A stretch of 28,417 nucleotides of DNA, from positions 1-28,417 of the IMG/VR virus record IMGVR_UViG_3300032277_000061, one strand, 5' to 3'. Below are positions 25,762 through 28,417 of this stretch, one piece after another (position 1 is the stretch's first letter; every line of letters begins with the position of its first letter). The notes below the pieces were generated by a model. That model saw nothing but the letters and a program-made list of their open reading frames with translations, did not search any database and was not told the origin of the DNA. The translations under genes and the position numbers were made by a program. Source of the stretch: a virus. Lineage: Duplodnaviria > Caudoviricetes.

Positions 25762-25804
25762 TAACTTGTTCGATGTGAACAACAACCTTTTAGGAGATTT
25801 AGAA

Positions 25805-26113
25805 ATGATAGATCCAAATTCAAAAAATGCGATACCTTACATAATGAAGGTTTCTGAGATAGCGTTATCAAACCCTGGTAAAGATTTTATGGGGCTTGAT
25901 TTTGATTCTAGGAAAGTCCTTATCGATTATTATTTCAACTGCTCAATTCCTTATCGTGTCTCTTCATATAGAAGCGCGTTTGAGTCAGTTAGGTATCATT
26001 TTGACGCGATTATATCTTCTTCTTTGGAGAATGTTAAAGATATGATTTATAGACAGGAAAATGGATATTTGTGGAATTGGAAAAATGTAGATTCTACAAG
26101 GAGGGTAGCGTAA
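25805..26113 (+). CDS. Hypothetical protein
   Basis: AGGAG SD before ATG 25805; the track start 25721 lies upstream of the promoter. Confidence 0.7.
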   Translation: MIDPNSKNAIPYIMKVSEIALSNPGKDFMGLDFDSRKVLIDYYFNCSIPYRVSSYRSAFESVRYHFDAIISSSLENVKDMIYRQENGYLWNWKNVDSTRRVA

Positions 26114-26523
26114 TGGGTGCGGATCGTATTGTTATTAATAGAGATACATGCGCAAGCCTTGCCTACGCTATAAATAATAGGTATGAGTGCAGCTGTTATT
26201 ATGGTGAGGATCCTTTAACTTCGTTTATTGCTGAAAATGTTGAGCGTCTACTTGCTCCATTATTCTTATCAGATTCTGAGATTGAAGAAAGTCAGTTAGC
26301 CCAGCAGGTAGCACGCGAGGAGGTTGAAAAAGAGGAGAGATTAGCTCAGGAAGAATTAAAGAAGGAATATGAAGAAATCGCTTTAAAAAGGGAGCGGCTT
26401 TTAAATATAATTTTAAAGGATAAAGAAGGCATCTCTAGTAAAGATAAAGCGGCCTCACTCTTGGAGGAAGAGATGGCAGATTTAGAAGCGCGGTTGAATT
26501 TAGGAGAAGATAATGGATTCTGA
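26113..26523 (+). CDS. Hypothetical coiled-coil protein
   Basis: TAATG coupling at 26111-26115, GAGG SD. Confidence 0.7.
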   Translation: MGADRIVINRDTCASLAYAINNRYECSCYYGEDPLTSFIAENVERLLAPLFLSDSEIEESQLAQQVAREEVEKEERLAQEELKKEYEEIALKRERLLNIILKDKEGISSKDKAASLLEEEMADLEARLNLGEDNGF

Positions 26524-26896
26524 AATTAAAGATTACTTGTTAGATGTTTGTACTAAGGTTAATTATGATGACGATCCAAGATGGTTGGACGATAATGACA
26601 GGTTATTGTTATCAGCCAAGATAGTTGAAACTGAGTGGAGTGATGATGATATTCCCGATTTGCTATTAGATTTAATATCTGAGAACGGCAGTTTTATGGA
26701 TTTTCTTCTTTCTATGGTTGGTTTAAAGACAAATGCAGTTGATGTTGAACGTTATAGAAAAAGCTTATCAGATTCATTTGAATCAGAGATTAATTGTTAC
26801 TATCGTGATGTGATTGCAGAATGTGATGAATACTACAGTACTACATCTGCAAATGATGAGTATATTGGTAAAGATTTAGGAGGAGATGCAGCATGA
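26513..26896 (+). CDS. Hypothetical acidic protein
   Basis: AGGAG SD, overlapping operon arrangement. Confidence 0.7.
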   Translation: MDSEIKDYLLDVCTKVNYDDDPRWLDDNDRLLLSAKIVETEWSDDDIPDLLLDLISENGSFMDFLLSMVGLKTNAVDVERYRKSLSDSFESEINCYYRDVIAECDEYYSTTSANDEYIGKDLGGDAA

Positions 26897-27288
26897 GTGA
26901 TTTGGAAGATATTGATAGGGGAGCTAAAGATCTTTACAACTCTTTTTCGTTTAATGTTAAAAAATACGTACCCGGAAAAATTATGACGATCGACATGATG
27001 ATTTCCATTAGAAATATTCTAAAGGAGTTTGAGATAATAAATTCTTCAGTTTCTTCTATAGGGGAGCTTCTAGAGAAATTCGAAGATGACTTTATTAAGA
27101 GAGAAAATCCAGAAGCTAGAAGTGGCTGTATTTACGAGGATGATTATTTGGGGATCCCAAAGGAATTTATTTGTATGGTAGGCGAGTCAAAAAATTCAAT
27201 TTATATTAAATGCCAGTCGACTATTGAGGGTTTGAGGGGCGTATTATTTAAAATAATGGAAGATATTGCCATGGGAGGTATGTCATGA
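26893..27288 (+). CDS. Hypothetical protein
   Basis: GGAGG SD, ATGA coupling. Confidence 0.7.
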   Translation: MSDLEDIDRGAKDLYNSFSFNVKKYVPGKIMTIDMMISIRNILKEFEIINSSVSSIGELLEKFEDDFIKRENPEARSGCIYEDDYLGIPKEFICMVGESKNSIYIKCQSTIEGLRGVLFKIMEDIAMGGMS

Positions 27289-27364
27289 ATATGATACATC
27301 CTACCCTGTGGGAAAGAAATTTTAGAATTAGAAAGAGAAATTAATTTTTTGGAGGAATTTAGAA

Positions 27365-28003
27365 ATGAAAAATCTAGCAGCTAAGATGCTTAAAGTTATG
27401 GAAGATGTCGGATATATCCAAAAAAGCGGATGGAACTCTTTTCATAAGTATAGATACGCTACTGAGGCTGATGTAGCCTCTTCTGTTTCAGGTGCTTTAA
27501 TAAAAAATGGCGTCCATGTTTTTCACTCGGTTATAGATAGAGAGTGTTTGCAATTTAAGACCGCTAAGGGGAGAGACTCTTTTTTGATTACGGTTAAACT
27601 TGAGCTTACTTTTATTGATGTGGATAGTGATGAAAAGTTTGTTGGCACCTTCTACGGTGATGCAAGCGATTCAGATGATAAGGCAATTTATAAAGCCATA
27701 ACCGGCGGTGTAAAATACGCTCTAATGAAATCGTTTATGATTGAGACTGGAGACGATCCGGAAAGGGATGCAAAGGCTGAAAAAGATTCTGTAGTGACTC
27801 AGGTTGATTTGAATAAAAAACTCAGTGAGTCCAGACAGGCTCTGAAGCTTGCGGCTCATAGTGGCCTGAGCTCTTTAAAGGAAGCCTGGGAGGGTTTAGA
27901 CGGATACTCACAGGGTGTGTTAAAGGATGAGAAAGATGCGTTTAAAAAAATAGCTCAAAGCGCTAATGATGCACTTGAAGGTAGTGCTCAGGAGGCAGCA
28001 TGA
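27365..28003 (+). CDS. erf: ERF-family single-strand annealing recombinase
   Basis: IQKSG.N.FHKY.YA.EADV and G...D..DKA.YKA.TG..KYAL...F.I.TGDDPE ERF signature; GGAGG SD. Confidence 0.9.
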   Translation: MKNLAAKMLKVMEDVGYIQKSGWNSFHKYRYATEADVASSVSGALIKNGVHVFHSVIDRECLQFKTAKGRDSFLITVKLELTFIDVDSDEKFVGTFYGDASDSDDKAIYKAITGGVKYALMKSFMIETGDDPERDAKAEKDSVVTQVDLNKKLSESRQALKLAAHSGLSSLKEAWEGLDGYSQGVLKDEKDAFKKIAQSANDALEGSAQEAA

Positions 28004-28134
28004 GTTTTAAATATTTAGATGATGATGAGACTCATTTTGAAAAAGTGGTTAAGGAGGTTTTTTATAATGTTTTTGGTGAAGAGCTCATTAGCGATCTTAA
28101 AGATGTCGAAGAAGGGGTAAACTCTGATGAGTAA
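28000..28134 (+). CDS. Small acidic hypothetical protein (44 aa)
   Basis: GGAGG SD, ATGA coupling with erf; below the ORF-track length cutoff. Confidence 0.55.
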   Translation: MSFKYLDDDETHFEKVVKEVFYNVFGEELISDLKDVEEGVNSDE

Positions 28135-28148
28135 AATATTAGCTGAAT

Positions 28149-28367
28149 GTGCTAACTATGTCTAGAAATGTTAGGTATATTTCATTGGAATCTAAGCCTA
28201 TTTTTAAATTCAAAAAGCTATTTTTTGGAGGGGTTGAGGGTGATGTTTTTGGGGTTAAAGTTAAGTTTGATAGCGTTGAGGATTTAGAGTTTTTTGAGAA
28301 ATGTATGTTTAATGTTTTTGAAGAGGCAGTAAAATTAGGTGAGAGAGGAGTAGCGGATGATGAGTAA
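28149..28367 (+). CDS. Hypothetical protein
   Basis: ORF continuing the operon; start uncertain. Confidence 0.5.
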   Translation: MLTMSRNVRYISLESKPIFKFKKLFFGGVEGDVFGVKVKFDSVEDLEFFEKCMFNVFEEAVKLGERGVADDE

Positions 28368-28417
28368 AACAATGAATTCAACTTTAAAAGAAATAATTAA
28401 AATTGAAAAAGATTTGA
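28357..28417 (+). CDS. Partial CDS running off the right edge
   Basis: GAGGAG SD; ATGATG start (MMSKTMNSTLKEIIKIEKDL...), open to the window end. Confidence 0.5.
   Translation, partial: MMSKTMNSTLKEIIKIEKDL

Noticed and set aside
20801-25801. Recurring AGGAGATTT before several starts (also at 4924-4932 on the minus strand) as CsrA sites
   Set aside because: Adequately explained as strong Shine-Dalgarno sequences; cannot be distinguished from sequence alone.
27285-27384. Short ORF MNMIHPTLWERNFRIRKRN and an overlapping EILELEREINFLEEF frame suggesting a broken gene
   Set aside because: Too short to support; no in-frame slippery site; could be chance or a sequencing indel.

Overview
AT-rich window from a P22-like (podovirus-morphotype) phage or prophage. 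No integrase, lysis genes, tRNA or CRISPR array are visible. Positions 1-20018 (minus strand) hold a full morphogenesis operon: terS, terL, portal, scaffold, P22-type coat, gp4- and gp10-like tail proteins, a needle-position protein, three ejection proteins and a tail-anchored fibre. It continues with a putative GTA-type head-spike base, a 44-aa peptide and two paralogous beta-helix spikes. A plus-strand accessory operon (20306-23321) carries a phage csrA. A minus-strand block holds a replication initiator with an internal origin, and rusA. A Cro/YdaS-like regulator and a plus-strand recombination arm with an ERF protein follow. The notable points are: (i) one palindromic operator (TAAACA-N4-TGTTTA) overlapping five sigma70-like promoters, including a perfect-consensus late promoter; (ii) a five-copy AACAGG array in the late leader that could be a target of the phage CsrA or a pac/TerS site; (iii) an apparently split, modular head-spike/fibre system. 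All family calls come from motif recognition by eye and synteny; no database searches were run.
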